A DNA stretch of 64,000 nt from the human T2T-CHM13v2.0 reference genome, Homo sapiens: assembly GCF_009914755.1 (NCBI RefSeq), contig NC_060925.1; one strand, 5' to 3'. The notes below the pieces were generated by a model. That model ran no database searches. It was given only the letters and a program-made list of their open reading frames with translations, and was not told the DNA's origin. A program made the position numbers and the translations under genes. Positions within the stretch are counted from its first letter, which is position 1, and each line of letters begins with the position of its first letter. Of the stretch, positions 1 to 15,168 are shown piece by piece.

Positions 1-238
1 ATCATCAAATGGATTCGAAAGGAATCATTGAATGGAATCGAATGGAATCATCATCAGATGGAAATGAATGGAATCATCATAGAATGGAATCGAATGGATT
101 CATTGAGTGAAATCAGATGGAATCATCGAATGGAATCAGATGGAATCATCATCAAATGGAATCGAATAGAATTATGGAATGAAATCCAATGTGATCATCA
201 TTGAATGGACTCGAATGGAATCATCATCCAATGGAAAC

Positions 239-249
239 TAATGGAATCA
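239..249 (+). promoter_or_regulatory. TAATGGAATCA match to the DUX4 consensus TAAYBBAATCA (representative copy; second per-monomer site at 1132-1142)
   Basis: Exact motif match, about two per monomer across the window. DUX4 binding and activation of HSATII is established, but occupancy of these particular copies is not shown by sequence alone. Confidence 0.45.
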
Positions 250-3099
250 ACATCGAATGGAATCGAATGGAAACACCATCGAATTGAAACGAAAGGAATT
301 ATCATGATATTGAAATGGATGGACTCATCATCGAATGGATTCGAATGGAATCATCGAATGAAATTGATTGAAATCATCATCAAATGGAATCGAAAGGAAT
401 CATTGAATGGAATCGAATGGAATCATCATCAGGTGGAAATGAATGGAATCATCATAGAATGGAATCGCATGGATTCATTGAATGGAATCAGATGGAATCA
501 TCGAATGGACTTGAATGGAATCGTTGAATGGACTCGAATGGAATCATTATTGAATGGAATTGAATAGAATCATCGAATGGTCTCGAATGGAATCATTATC
601 AAATGAAGTCGAATGGAATCACCGAATAGAATCGAATGGAACAATCATCGAATGGACTCAAATGGAATTATCTTCAAATGGAATCAAATGGATTTATCGA
701 ATGCAATCGAATGGAATTATCGAATGCAATCGAATAGAATCATCGAATGGACTCGAATGGAATCATCGAATGGAATGCAATGGATTAATCCATGGACTCG
801 AATTCAATCACCATCGAATACAATCGAATGGAGTCATCGAATCGACTCAAATGGAATAATCATTGAATGGAATCGAATGGAATCATCGAGTGGAATTGAA
901 TGGAATCATGATCAAATGGAATCGAATGTAATCATCATCAAATGGAATCAAAAATAAACATCATCAATAGGTATTGAATGGAATTGTCATCAAACGGAAT
1001 TCAAAGGAATCATCATCAAATGGAACCGAATGGAATCCTCATTGAATGGAAATGAAAGGAGTCATCATCTAATGGAATCGCATGGAATCATCATCAAATG
1101 GAATCGAATGGAATCATCATCAAATGGAATCTAATGGAATCATTGAACGGAATTGAATTGAATCATCATCGAATGAATTCAATGCAATCAACGAATGGTC
1201 TCGAATGGAACCACCTCCAAATGTAATGGAATGGAATCATCGCATAGAATCGAATGGAATTATCATCGAATGGACTCGAATGGAATCAACATCAAACGGA
1301 ATCAAACGGAATTATCAAATGGAATCGAAGAGAATCATCGAACGGACTCGAATGGAATCATCTAATGGAATGGAATGGAAGAATCCATGGACTCGAATGC
1401 AATCATCATCGAATGGAATCGAATGGAATCATCGAATGGACTCGAATGGAATAATCATTGAACGGAATCGAATGAATCATCATCGGATGGAAACGAATGG
1501 AATCATCAAATGGAATCAGATGGAATCATCATCAAATGGAATCGAATAGAATTATGGAATGAAATCCATTGTGATCATCATCGAATGGACTCGAATGGAA
1601 TCATCATCCAATGGAAACTAATGGAATCAACATCGAATGGAATCAAATCAAACACCATCGAATTGAAACGAATGGAATTATCATGAAATTGAAATGGATA
1701 GACTCATCATCGAATGGATTCGAATGGAATCATCGAATGAAATTGATTGAAATCATCATCAAATGGAATCGAAAGGAATCATTGAATGGAATCGAATGGA
1801 ATCATCATCAGGTGGAAATGAATGGAATCATCATAGAATGGAATCGCATGGATTCATTGAATGGAATCAGATGGAATCATCGAATGGACTTGAATGGAAT
1901 CGTTGAATGGACTCGAATGGAATCATTATTGAATGGAATTGAATAGAATCATCGAATGGTCTCGAATGGAATCATTATCAAATGAAGTCGAATGGAATCA
2001 CCGAATAGAATCGAATGGAACAATCATCGAATGGACTCAAATGGAATTATCTTCAAATGGAATCAAATGGATTTATCGAATGCAATCGAATGGAATTATC
2101 GAATGCAATCGAATAGAATCATCGAATGGACTCGAATGGAATCATCGAATGGAATGCAATGGATTAATCCATGGACTCGAATTCAATCACCATCGAATAC
2201 AGTCGAATGGAGTCATCGAATCGACTCAAAGGGAATAATCATTGAATGGAATCGAATGGAATCATCGAGTGGAATCGAATGGAATCATGATCAAATGGAA
2301 TCGAATGTAATCATCATCAAATGGAATCAAAAATAAACATCATCAATAGGTATTGAATGGAATTGTCATCAAACGGAATTCAAAGGAATCATCATCAAAT
2401 GGAACAGAATGGAATCCTCATTGAATGGAAATGAAAGGAGTCATCATCTAATGGAATCTCATGGAATCATCATCAAATGGAATCGAATGGAATCATCATC
2501 AAATGGAATCTAATGGAATCATTGAACGGAATTGAATGGAATCGTCATCGAATGAATTCAATGCAATCAACGAATGGTCTCGAATGGAACCACCTCCAAA
2601 TGGAATGGAATGGAATCATCGCATAGAATCGAATGGAATTATCATCGAATGGACTCGAATGGAATCAACATCAAACGGAATCAAACGGAATTATCGAATG
2701 GAATCGAAGAGAATCATCGAACGGACTCGAATGGAATCATCTAATGGAATGGAATGGAAGAATCCATGGACTCGAATGCAATCATCATCGAATGGAATCG
2801 AATGGAATCATCGAATGGACTCGAATGGAATAATCATTGAACGGAATCGAATGAATCATCATCGGATGGAAACGAATGGAATCATCATCGAATGGAATCG
2901 AATGGGATCATCAAATGGAATCAGATGGAATCATCATCAAATGGAATCGAATAGAATTATGGAATGAAATCCAATGTGATCATCATGGAAGGGACTCGAA
3001 TGGAATCATCATCCAATGGAAACTAATGGAATCAACATCGAATGGAATCGAATGGAAACACCATCGAATTGAAACGAATGGAATTATCATGAAATTGAA

Positions 3100-6000
3100 A
3101 TGGATGGACTCATCATCGAATGGATTCGAATGGAATCATCGAATGAAATTGATTGAAATCATCATCAAATGGTATCGAAAGGAATCATTGAATGGAATCG
3201 AATGGAATCATCATCAGATGGAAATGAATGGAATCATCATAGAATGGAATCGAATGGATTCATTGAGTGAAATCAGATGGAATCATCGAATGGACTTGAA
3301 TGGAATCGTTGAATGGACTCGAATGGAATCATTATTGAATGGAATTGAATAGAATCATCGAATGGTCTCGAATGGAATCATTATCAAATGAAGTCGAATG
3401 GAATCACCGAATAGAATCGAATGGAACAATCATCGAATGGACTCAAATGGAATTATCCTCAAATGGAATCAAATGGATTTATCGAATGCAATCGAATTGA
3501 ATTATCGAATGCAATCGAATAGAATCATCGAATGGACTCGAATGGAATCATCGAGTGGAATGCAATGGATTAATCCATGGACTCGAATTCAATCACCATC
3601 GAATACAATCGAATGGAGTCATCGAATCGACCCAAATGGAATAATCATTGAATGGAATCGAATGGAATCATCGAGTGGAGTCGAATGGAATCATGATCAA
3701 ATGGAATCGAATGTAATCATCATCAAATGGAATCAAAAATAAACATCATAAATAGGTATTGAATGGAATTGTCATCAAATGGAATTCAAAGGAATCATCA
3801 TCAAATGGAACCGAATGGAATCCTCATTGAATGGAAATGAAAGGAGTCATCATCTAATGGAAACGCATGGAATCATCATCAAATGGAATCGAATGGAATC
3901 ATCATCAAATGGAATCTAATGGAATCATTGAACGGAATTGAATGGAATGGACATCGAATGAATTGAATGCAATCAACGAATGGTCTTGAATGGAACCACC
4001 TCCAAATGGAATGGAATGGAATCATCGCATAGAATCGAATGGAATTATCATCGAATGGACTCGAATGGAATCAACCTCAAACGGAATCAAACGGAATTAT
4101 CGTATGGAATCGAAGAGAATCATCGAACGGACTCGAATGGAATCATCTAATGGAATGGAATGGAAGAATCCATTGACTCGAATGCAATCATCATCGAATG
4201 GAATCGAATGGAATCATCGAATGGACTCGAATGGAATAATCATTGAACGGAATCGAATGAATCATCATCGGATGGAAACGAATGGAATCATCATCGAATG
4301 GAATCGAATGGGATCATCAAATGGAATCAGATGGAATCAACATCAAATGGAATCGAATAGAATTATGGAATGAAATCCAATGTGATCATCATTGAATAGA
4401 CTCGAATGGAATCATCATCCAATGGAAACTAATGGAATCAACATCGAATGGAATCGAATGGAAACACCATCGAATTGAAACGAATGGAATTATCATGAAA
4501 TTGAAATGGATAGACTCATCATCGAATGGATTCGAATGGAATCATCGAATGAAATTGATTGAAATCATCATCAAATGGATTCGAAAGGAATCATTGAATG
4601 GAATCAAATGGAATCATCATCAGATGGAAATGAATGGAATCATCATAGAATGGAATCGAATGGATTCATTGAGTGAAATCAGATGGAATCATCGAATGGA
4701 ATCAGATGGAATCATCATCAAATGGAATCGAATAGAATTATGGAATGAAATCCAATGTGATCATCATTGAATGGACTCGAATGGAATCATCATCCAATGG
4801 AAACTAATGGAATCAACATCGAATGGAATCGAATGGAAACACCATCGAATTGAAACGAAAGGAATTATCATGATATTGAAATGGATGGACTCATCATCGA
4901 ATGGATTCGAATGGAATCATCGAATGAAATTGATTGAAATCATCATCAAATGGAATCGAAAGGAATCATTGAATGGAATCGAATGGAATCATCATCAGGT
5001 GGAAATGAATGGAATCATCATAGAATGGAATCGCATGGATTCATTGAATGGAATCAGATGGAATCATCGAATGGACTTGAATGGAATCGTTGAATGGACT
5101 CGAATGGAATCATTATTGAATGGAATTGAATAGAATCATCGAATGGTCTCGAATGGAATCATTATCGAATGAAGTCGAATGGAATCACCGAATAGAATCG
5201 AATGGAACAATCATCGAATGGACTCAAATGGAATTATCTTCAAATGGAATCAAATGGATTTATCGAATGCAATCGAATGGAATTATCGAATGCAATCGAA
5301 TAGAATCATCGAATGGACTCGAATGGAATCATCGAATGGAATGCAATGGATTAATTCATGGACTCGAATTCAATCACCATCGAATACAATCGAATGGAGT
5401 CATCGAATCGACTCAAATGGAATAATCATTGAATGGAATCGAATGGAATCATCGAGTGGAATCGAATGGAATCATGATCAAATGGAATCGAATGTAATCA
5501 TCATCAAATGGAATCAAAAATAAACATCATCAATAGGTATTGAATGGAATTGTCATCAAACGGAATTCAAAGGAATCATCATCAAATGGAACCGAATGGA
5601 ATCCTCATTGAATGGAAATGAAAGGAGTCATCATCTAATGGAATCGCATGGAATCATCATCAAATGGAATCGAATGGAATCATCATCAAATGGAATCTAA
5701 TGGAATCATTGAACGGAATTGAATTGAATCATCATCGAATGAATTCAATGCAATCAACGAATGGTCTCGAATGGAACCACCTCCAAATGGAATGGAATGG
5801 AATCATCGCATAGAATCGAATGGAATTATCATCGAATGGACTCGAATGGAATCAACATCAAACGGAATCAAACGGAATTATCGAATGGAATCGAAGAGAA
5901 TCATCGAACGGACTCGAATGGAATCATCTAATGGAATGGAATGGAAGAATCCATGGACTCGAATGCAATCATCATCGAATGGAATCGAATGGAATCATCG

Positions 6001-9000
6001 AATGGACTCGAATGGAATAATCATTGAACGGAATCGAATGAATCATCATCGGATGGAAACGAATGGAATCATCAATTGGAATCAGATGGAATCATCATCA
6101 AATGGAATCGAATAGAATTATGGAATGAAATCCATTGTGATCATCATCGAATGGACTCGAATGGAATCATCATCCAATGGAAACTAATGGAATCAACATC
6201 GAATGGAATCGAATGGAAACTCCATCGAATTGAAACGAATGGAATTATCATGAAATTGAAATGGATGGAATCATCATCGAATGGATTCGAATGGAATCAT
6301 CGAATGAAATTGATTGAAATCATCATCAAATGGAATCGAAAGGAATCATTGAATGGAATCGAATGGAATCATCATCAGATGGAAATGAATGGAATCATCA
6401 TAGAATGGAATCGAATGGATTCATTGAGTGAAATCAGATGGAATCATCGAATGGACTTGAATGGAATCGTTGAATGGACTCGAATGGAATCATTATTGAA
6501 TGGAATTGAATAGAATCATCGAATGGTCTCGAATGGAATCATTATCAAATGAAGTCGAATGGAATCACCGAATAGAATCGAATGGAACAATCATCGAATG
6601 GACTCAAATGGAATTATCCTCAAATGGAATCAAATGGATTTATCGAATGCAATCGAATTGAATTATCGAATGCAATCGAATAGAATCATCGAATGGACTC
6701 GAATGGAATCATCGAGTGGAATGCAATGGATTAATCCATGGACTCGAATTCAATCACCATCGAATACAATCGAATGGAGTCATCGAATCGACCCAAATGG
6801 AATAATCATTGAATGGAATCGAATGGAATCATCGAGTGGAGTCGAATGGAATCATGATCAAATGGAATCGAATGTAATCATCATCAAATGGAATCAAAAA
6901 TAAACATCATCAATAGGTATTGAATGGAATTGTCATCAAATGGAATTCAAAGGAATCATCATCAAATGGAACCGAATGGAATCCTCATTGAATGGAAATG
7001 AAAGGAGTCATCATCTAATGGAAACGCATGGAATCATCATCAAATGGAATCGAATGGAATCATCATCAAATGGAATCTAATGGAATCATTGAACGGAATT
7101 GAATGGAATGGACATCGAATGAATTGAATGCAATCAACGAATGGTCTTGAATGGAACCACCTCCAAATGGAATGGAATGGAATCATCGCATAGAATCGAA
7201 TGGAATTATCATCGAATGGACTCGAATGGAATCAACCTCAAACGGAATCAAACGGAATTATCGTATGGAATCGAAGAGAATCATCGAACGGACTCGAATG
7301 GAATCATCTAATGGAATGGAATGGAAGAATCCATTGACTCGAATGCAATCATCATCGAATGGAATCGAATGGAATCATCGAATGGACTCGAATGGAATAA
7401 TAATTGAACGGAATCGAATGAATCATCATCGGATGGAAACGAATGGAATCATCATCGAATGGAATCGAATGGGATCATCAAATGGAATCAGATGGAATCA
7501 ACATCAAATGGAATCGAATAGAATTATGGAATGAAATCCAATGTGATCATCATTGAATAGACTCGAATGGAATCATCATCCAATGGAAACTAATGGAATC
7601 AACATCGAATGGAATCGAATGGAAACACCATCGAATTGAAACGAATGGAATTATCATGATATTGAAATGGATGGACTCATCATCGAATGGATTCGAATGG
7701 AATCATCGAATGAAATTGATTGAAATCATCATCAAATGGAATCGAAAGGAATCATTGAATGGAATCGAATGGAATCATCATCAGGTGGAAATGAATGGAA
7801 TCATCATAGAATGGAATCGCATGGATTCATTGAATGGAATCAGATGGAATCATCGAATGGACTTGAATGGAATCGTTGAATGGACTCGAATGGAATCATT
7901 ATTGAATGGAATTGAATAGAATCATCGAATGGTCTCGAATGGAATCATTATCGAATGAAGTCGAATGGAATCACCGAATAGAATCGAATGGAACAATCAT
8001 CGAATGGACTCAAATGGAATTATCTTCAAATGGAATCAAATGGATTCATCGAATGCAATCGAATGGAATTATCGAATGCAATCGAATAGAATCATCGAAT
8101 GGACTCGAATGGAATCATCGAATGGAATGCAATGGATTAATCCATGGACTCGAATTCAATCACCATCGAATACAATCGAATGGAGTCATCGAATCGACTC
8201 AAATGGAATAATCATTGAATGGAATCGAATGGAATCATCGAGTGGAATCGAATGGAATCATGATCAAATGGAATCGAATGTAATCATCATCAAATGGAAT
8301 CAAAAATAAACATCATCAATAGGTATTGAATGGAATTGTCATCAAACGGAATTCAAAGGAATCATCATCAAATGGAACCGAATGGAATCCTCATTGAATG
8401 GAAATGAAAGGAGTCATCATCTAATGGAATCGCATGGAATCATCATCAAATGGAATCGAATGGAATCATCATCAAATGGAATCTAATGGAATCATTGAAC
8501 GGAATTGAATTGAATCATCATCGAATGAATTCAATGCAATCAACGAATGGTCTCGAATGGAACCACCTCCAAATGGAATGGAATGGAATCATCGCATAGA
8601 ATCGAATGGAATTATCATCGAATGGACTCGAATGGAATCAACATCAAACGGAATCAAACGGAATTATCGAATGGAATCGAAGAGAATCATCGAACGGACT
8701 CGAATGGAATCATCTAATGGAATGGAATGGAAGAATCCATGGACTCGAATGCAATCATCATCGAATGGAATAGAATGGAATCATCGAATGGACTCGAATG
8801 GAATAATCATTGAACGGAATCGAATGAATCATCATCGGATGGAAACGAATGGAATCATCAAATGGAATCAGATGGAATCATCATCAAATGGAATCGAATA
8901 GAATTATGGAATGAAATCCATTGTGATCATCATCGAATGGACTCGAATGGAATCATCATCCAATGGAAACTAATGGAATCAACATCGAATGGAATCGAAT

Positions 9001-9080
9001 GGAAACTCCATCGAATTGAAACGAATGGAATTATCATGAAATTGAAATGGATGGAATCATCATCGAATGGATTCGAATGG
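3100..9080 (+). repeat. Two-monomer duplication with period 3161/2786 bp
   Basis: Private variants (GGAAACGCATGG, AATGGACATCG, GGTCTTGAA, AACCTCAA, CGTATGG, CCATTGACT) are shared at offset 3161 (ORFs 3990 vs 7151). Past the 375-bp insert the offset becomes 2786 (5179 vs 7965, shared ATTATCGAATGAAGTC). Boundaries approximate. Confidence 0.8.
4321..5070 (+). repeat. 375-bp intra-monomer tandem duplication (1781-bp unit)
   Basis: GAATAGAATTATGGAATGAAATCCAATGTGATC occurs at 4355 and again at 4730. Landmark spacing 3398->5179 = 1781 = 1406+375. The same junction recurs at ~125-165, 4566 bp upstream. Confidence 0.88.
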
Positions 9081-12000
9081 AATCATCGAATGAATTTGAT
9101 TGAAATCATCATCAAATGGAATCGAATGGAATCATTGAATGGAATCGAATGGAATCATCATCAGATGGAAATGAATGGAATCATCATAGAATGGAATCGC
9201 ATGGATTCATTGAATGGAATCAGATGGAATCATCGAATGGACTTGAATGGAATCATTGAATGGACTCGAATGGAATCATTATTGAATGGAATTGAATGGA
9301 ATCATCGAATGGTCTCGAATGGAATCATTATCAAATGGAATCGAATGGAATCACCGAATAGAATCGAATGGAACAATCATCGAATGGACTCAAATGGAAT
9401 TATCCTCAAATGGAATCGAATGGAATTATCGAATGCAATCGAATGGAATAATCGAATGCAATCGAACAGAATCATCGAATGGACTTGAAAGGAATCATCG
9501 ATTGAAATGGAAGGGAATAGTCAATGAACTCGAATGGAATCATCATTGAATGGAATCATCGAGTGGAATCGAATGGAATCATGATCAAATGGAATCGAAA
9601 TTAATCATCATTAAAATGGAATCAAAATAACCATCATCAATTGGTATTGAATGGAATTGTCATCAAACGGAATTCAAAGGAATCATCATCAAATGGAACC
9701 GAATGGAATCCTCATTGAATGGAAATGAAAGGTGTCATCATCTAATGGAATCGCATGGAATCATCATCAAATGGAATCGAATGGAATCATCATCAAATGG
9801 AATCTAATGGAATCATTGAACGGAATTGAATGGAATCGTCATCGAATGAATTCAATGCAATCAACGAATGGTCTCGAATGGAACCACCTCCAAATGGAAT
9901 GGAATGGAATCATCGCATAGAATCGAATGGAATTATCATCGAATGGACTCGAATGGAATCAACATCAAACGGAATCAAACGGAATTATCGAATGGAATCG
10001 AAGAGAATCATCGAACGGACTCGAATGGAATCATCTAATGGAATGGAATGGAAGAATCCATGGACTCGAATGCAATCATCATCGAATGGAATCGAATGGA
10101 ATCATCGAATGGACTCGAATGGAATAATCATTGAACGGAATCGAATGAATCATCATCGGATGGAAACGAATGGAATCATCATCGAATGGAATCGAATGGG
10201 ATCATCAAATGGAATCAGATGGAATCATCATCAAATGGAATCGAATAGAATTATGGAATGAAATCCAATGTGATCATCATGGAAGGGACTCGAATGGAAT
10301 CATCATCCAATGGAAACTAATGGAATCAACATCGAATGGAATCGAATGGAAACACCATCGAATTGAAACGAATGGAATTATCATGAAATTGAAATGGATG
10401 GACTCATCATCGAATGGATTCGAATGGAATCATCGAATGAAATTGATTGAAATCATCATCAAATGGAATCGAAAGGAATCATTGAATGGAATCGAATGGA
10501 ATCATCATCAGATGGAAATGAATGGAATCATCATAGAATGGAATCGAATGGATTCATTGAGTGAAATCAGATGGAATCATCGAATGGACTTGAATGGAAT
10601 CGTTGAATGGACTCGAATGGAATCATTATTGAATGGAATTGAATAGAATCATCGAATGGTCTCGAATGGAATCATTATCAAATGAAGTCGAATGGAATCA
10701 CCGAATAGAATCGAATGGAACAATCATCGAATGGACTCAAATGGAATTATCCTCAAATGGAATCAAATGGATTTATCGAATGCAATCGAATTGAATTATC
10801 GAATGCAATCGAATAGAATCATCGAATGGACTCGAATGGAATCATCGAGTGGAATGCAATGGATTAATCCATGGACTCGAATTCAATCACCATCGAATAC
10901 AATCGAATGGAGTCATCGAATCGACCCAAATGGAATAATCATTGAATGGAATCGAATGGAATCATCGAGTGGAGTCGAATGGAATCATGATCAAATGGAA
11001 TCGAATGTAATCATCATCAAATGGAATCAAAAATGACCATCATCAATTGGTATTGAATGGAATTGTCATCAAACGGAATTCAAAGGAATCATCATCAAAT
11101 GGAACCGAATGGAATCCTCATTGAATGGAAATGAAAGGAGTCATCATCTAATGGAATCGCATGGAATCATCATCAAATGGAATCGAATGGAATCATCATT
11201 AAATGGAATCTAATGGAATCATTGAACGGAATTGAATGGAATCGTCATCGAATCAATTGAATGCAATCAACGAATGGTCTCGAATGGAACCACCTCCAAA
11301 TGGAATGGAATGGAATCATCGCATAGAATCGAATGGAATTATCATTGAATGGACTCGAATGGAATCAACATCAAACGGAATCAAACGGAATTATCGAATG
11401 GAATCGAAGAGAATCATCGAACGGACTCGAATGGAATCATCTAATGGAATGGAATGGAAGAATCCATGGACTCGAATGCAATCATCATCGAATGGAATCG
11501 AATGGAATCATCGAATGGACTCGAATGGAATAATCATTGAACGGAATCGAATGAATCATCATCGGATGGAAACGAATGGAATCATCATCGAATGGAATCG
11601 AATGGGATCATCAAATGGAATCAGATGGAATCATCATCAAATGGAATCGAATAGAATTATGGAATGAAATCCAATGTGATCATCATTGAATGGACTCGAA
11701 TGGAATCATCATCCAATGGAAACTAATGGAATCAACATCGAATGGAATCGAATGGAAACACCATCGAATTGAAACGAATGGAATTATCATGAAATTGAAA
11801 CGGATGGACTCATCATCGAATGGATTCGAATGGAATCATCGAATGAAATTGACTGAAATCATCATCAAATGGAATCGAAAGGAATCATTGAATGGAATCG
11901 AATGGAATCATCATCAGATGGAAATGAATGGAATCATCATAGAATGGAATTGCATGGATTCATTGAATGGAATCAGATGGAATCATCGAATGGACTTGAT

Positions 12001-15000
12001 TGGAATCGTTGAATGGACTCGAATGGAATCATTACTGAATGGAATTGAATAGAATCATCGAATGGTCTCGAATGGAATCATTATCAAATGAAGTCGAATG
12101 GAATCACCAAATAGAATCGAATGGAACAATCATCGAATGGACTCAAATGGAATTATCCTCAAATGGAATCAAATGGATTTATCGAATGCAATCGAATGGA
12201 ATTATCGAATGCAATCGAATAGAATCATCAAATGGACTCGAATGGAATCATCGAATGGAATGCAATGGATTAATCCATGGACTCGAATTCAATCACCATC
12301 GAATACAATCGAATGGAGTCATGGAATCGACTCAAATGGAATAATCATTGAATGGAATCGAATGGAATCATCGAGTGGAATCGAATGGAATCATGATCAA
12401 ATGGAATCGAATATAATCATCATCAAATGGAATCAAAAATAAACATCATCAATTGGTATTGAATGGAATTGTCATCAAATGGAATTCAAAGGAATCATCA
12501 TCAAATGGAACCGAATGGAATCCTCGTTGAATGGAAATGAAAGGAGTCATCATCTAATGGAATCGCATGGAATCATCATCAAATGGAATCGAATGGAATC
12601 ATCATCAAATGGAATCTAATGGAATCATTGAACGGAATTGAATGGAATCGTCATGGAATGCATTGAATGCCATCAACGAATGGTCTCGAATGGGACCACC
12701 TCCAAATGGAAAGGAATGGAATCATCGCATAGAATCGAATGGAATTATCATTGAATGGACTCGAATGGAATCAACATCAAACGGAATCAAACGGAATTAT
12801 CGAATGGAATCGAAGAGAATCATCGAATGGACTCGAATGGAATCATCTAATGGAATGGAATGGAAGAATCCATGGTCTCGAATGCAATCATCATCGAATG
12901 GAATCGAATGGAATTATAGAATGGAGTCGAATGGAATAATCATTGAACGGAATCGAATGGAATCATCATCGGATGGAAACGAATGGAATCATCAAATGGA
13001 ATCAGATGGAATCATCATCAAATGGAATCGAATAGAATTATGGAATGAAATCCATTGTGATCATCATCGAATGGACTCGAATGGAATCATCATCCAATGG
13101 AAACTAATGGAATCAACATCGAATGGAATCGAATGGAAACTCCATCGAATTGAAACGAATGGAATTATCATGAAATTGAAATGGATGGAATCATCATCGA
13201 ATGGATTCGAATGGAATCATCGAATGAAATTGATTGAAATCATCATCAAATGGAATCGAATGGAATCATTGAATGGAATCGAATGGAATCATCATCAGAT
13301 GGAAATGAATGGAATCATCATAGAATGGAATCGCATGGATTCATTGAATGGAATCAGATGGAATCATCGAATGGACTTGAATGGAATCATTGAATGGACT
13401 CGAATGGAATCATTATTGAATGGAATTGAATGGAATCATCGAATGGTCTCGAATGGAATCATTATCAAATGGAATCGAATGGAATCACCGAATAGAATCG
13501 AATGGAACAATCATCGAATGGACTCAAATGGAATTATCCTCAAATGGAATCGAATGGAATTATCGAATGCAATCGAATGGAATCATCGAATGCAATCGAA
13601 CAGAATCATCGAATGGACTTGAAAGGAATCATCGATTGAAATGGAAGGGAATAGTCAATGAACTCGAATGGAATCATCATTGAATGGAATCATCGAGTGG
13701 AATCGAATGGAATCATGATCAAATGGAATCGAAATTAATCATCATTAAAATGGAATCAAAATAACCATCATCAATTGGTATTGAATGGAATTGTCATCAA
13801 ACGGAATTCAAAGGAATCATCATCAAATGGAACCGAATGGAATCCTCATTGAATGGAAATGAAAGGTGTCATCATCTAATGGAATCGCATGGAATCATCA
13901 TCAAATGGAATCGAATGGAATCATCATCAAATGGAATCTAATGGAATCATTGAACGGAATTGAATGGAATCGTCATCGAATGAATTCAATGCAATCAACG
14001 AATGGTCTCGAATGGAACCACCTCCAAATGGAATGGAATGGAATCATCGCATAGAATCGAATGGAATTATCATCGAATGGACTCGAATGGAATCAACATC
14101 AAACGGAATCAAACGGAATTATCGAATGGAATCGAAGAGAATCATCGAACGGACTCGAATGGAATCATCTAATGGAATGGAATGGAAGAATCCATGGACT
14201 CGAATGCAATCATCATCGAATGGAATCGAATGGAATCATCGAATGGACTCGAATGGAATAATCATTGAACGGAATCGAATGAATCATCATCGGATGGAAA
14301 CGAATGGAATCATCATCGAATGGAATCGAATGGGATCATCAAATGGAATCAGATGGAATCATCATCAAATGGAATCGAATAGAATTATGGAATGAAATCC
14401 AATGTGATCATCATGGAAGGGACTCGAATGGAATCATCATCCAATGGAAACTAATGGAATCAACATCGAATGGAATCGAATGGAAACACCATCGAATTGA
14501 AACGAATGGAATTATCATGAAATTGAAATGGATGGACTCATCATCGAATGGATTCGAATGGAATCATCGAATGAAATTGATTGAAATCATCATCAAATGG
14601 AATCGAAAGGAATCATTGAATGGAATCGAATGGAATCATCATCAGATGGAAATGAATGGAATCATCATAGAATGGAATCGAATGGATTCATTGAGTGAAA
14701 TCAGATGGAATCATCGAATGGACTTGAATGGAATCGTTGAATGGACTCGAATGGAATCATTATTGAATGGAATTGAATAGAATCATCGAATGGTCTCGAA
14801 TGGAATCATTATCAAATGAAGTCGAATGGAATCACCGAATAGAATCGAATGGAACAATCATCGAATGGACTCAAATGGAATTATCCTCAAATGGAATCAA
14901 ATGGATTTATCGAATGCAATCGAATTGAATTATCGAATGCAATCGAATAGAATCATCGAATGGACTCGAATGGAATCATCGAGTGGAATGCAATGGATTA

Positions 15001-15168
15001 ATCCATGGACTCGAATTCAATCACCATCGAATACAATCGAATGGAGTCATCGAATCGACCCAAATGGAATAATCATTGAATGGAATCGAATGGAATCATC
15101 GAGTGGAGTCGAATGGAATCATGATCAAATGGAATCGAATGTAATCATCATCAAATGGAATCAAAAAT
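8826..15168 (+). repeat. 4134-bp period (B+A+A): 8826-11034 recurs at 12960-15168
   Basis: Identical ORFs at 9286/13420, 9732/13866, 9830/13964, 10170/14304 and 10692/14826. Shared private variants CGAACAGAATC, GGAAGGGAATAG, AATTAATCATCATTAAAATGG and AAAGGTGTC. Confidence 0.88.

Noticed and set aside
800-1180. Short palindromes (GAATTC, CCATGG, TGATCA, TTCGAA) as hairpins or terminators
   Set aside because: These are only 6-bp palindromes, useful as restriction markers; the strong strand asymmetry leaves no extended inverted repeats.
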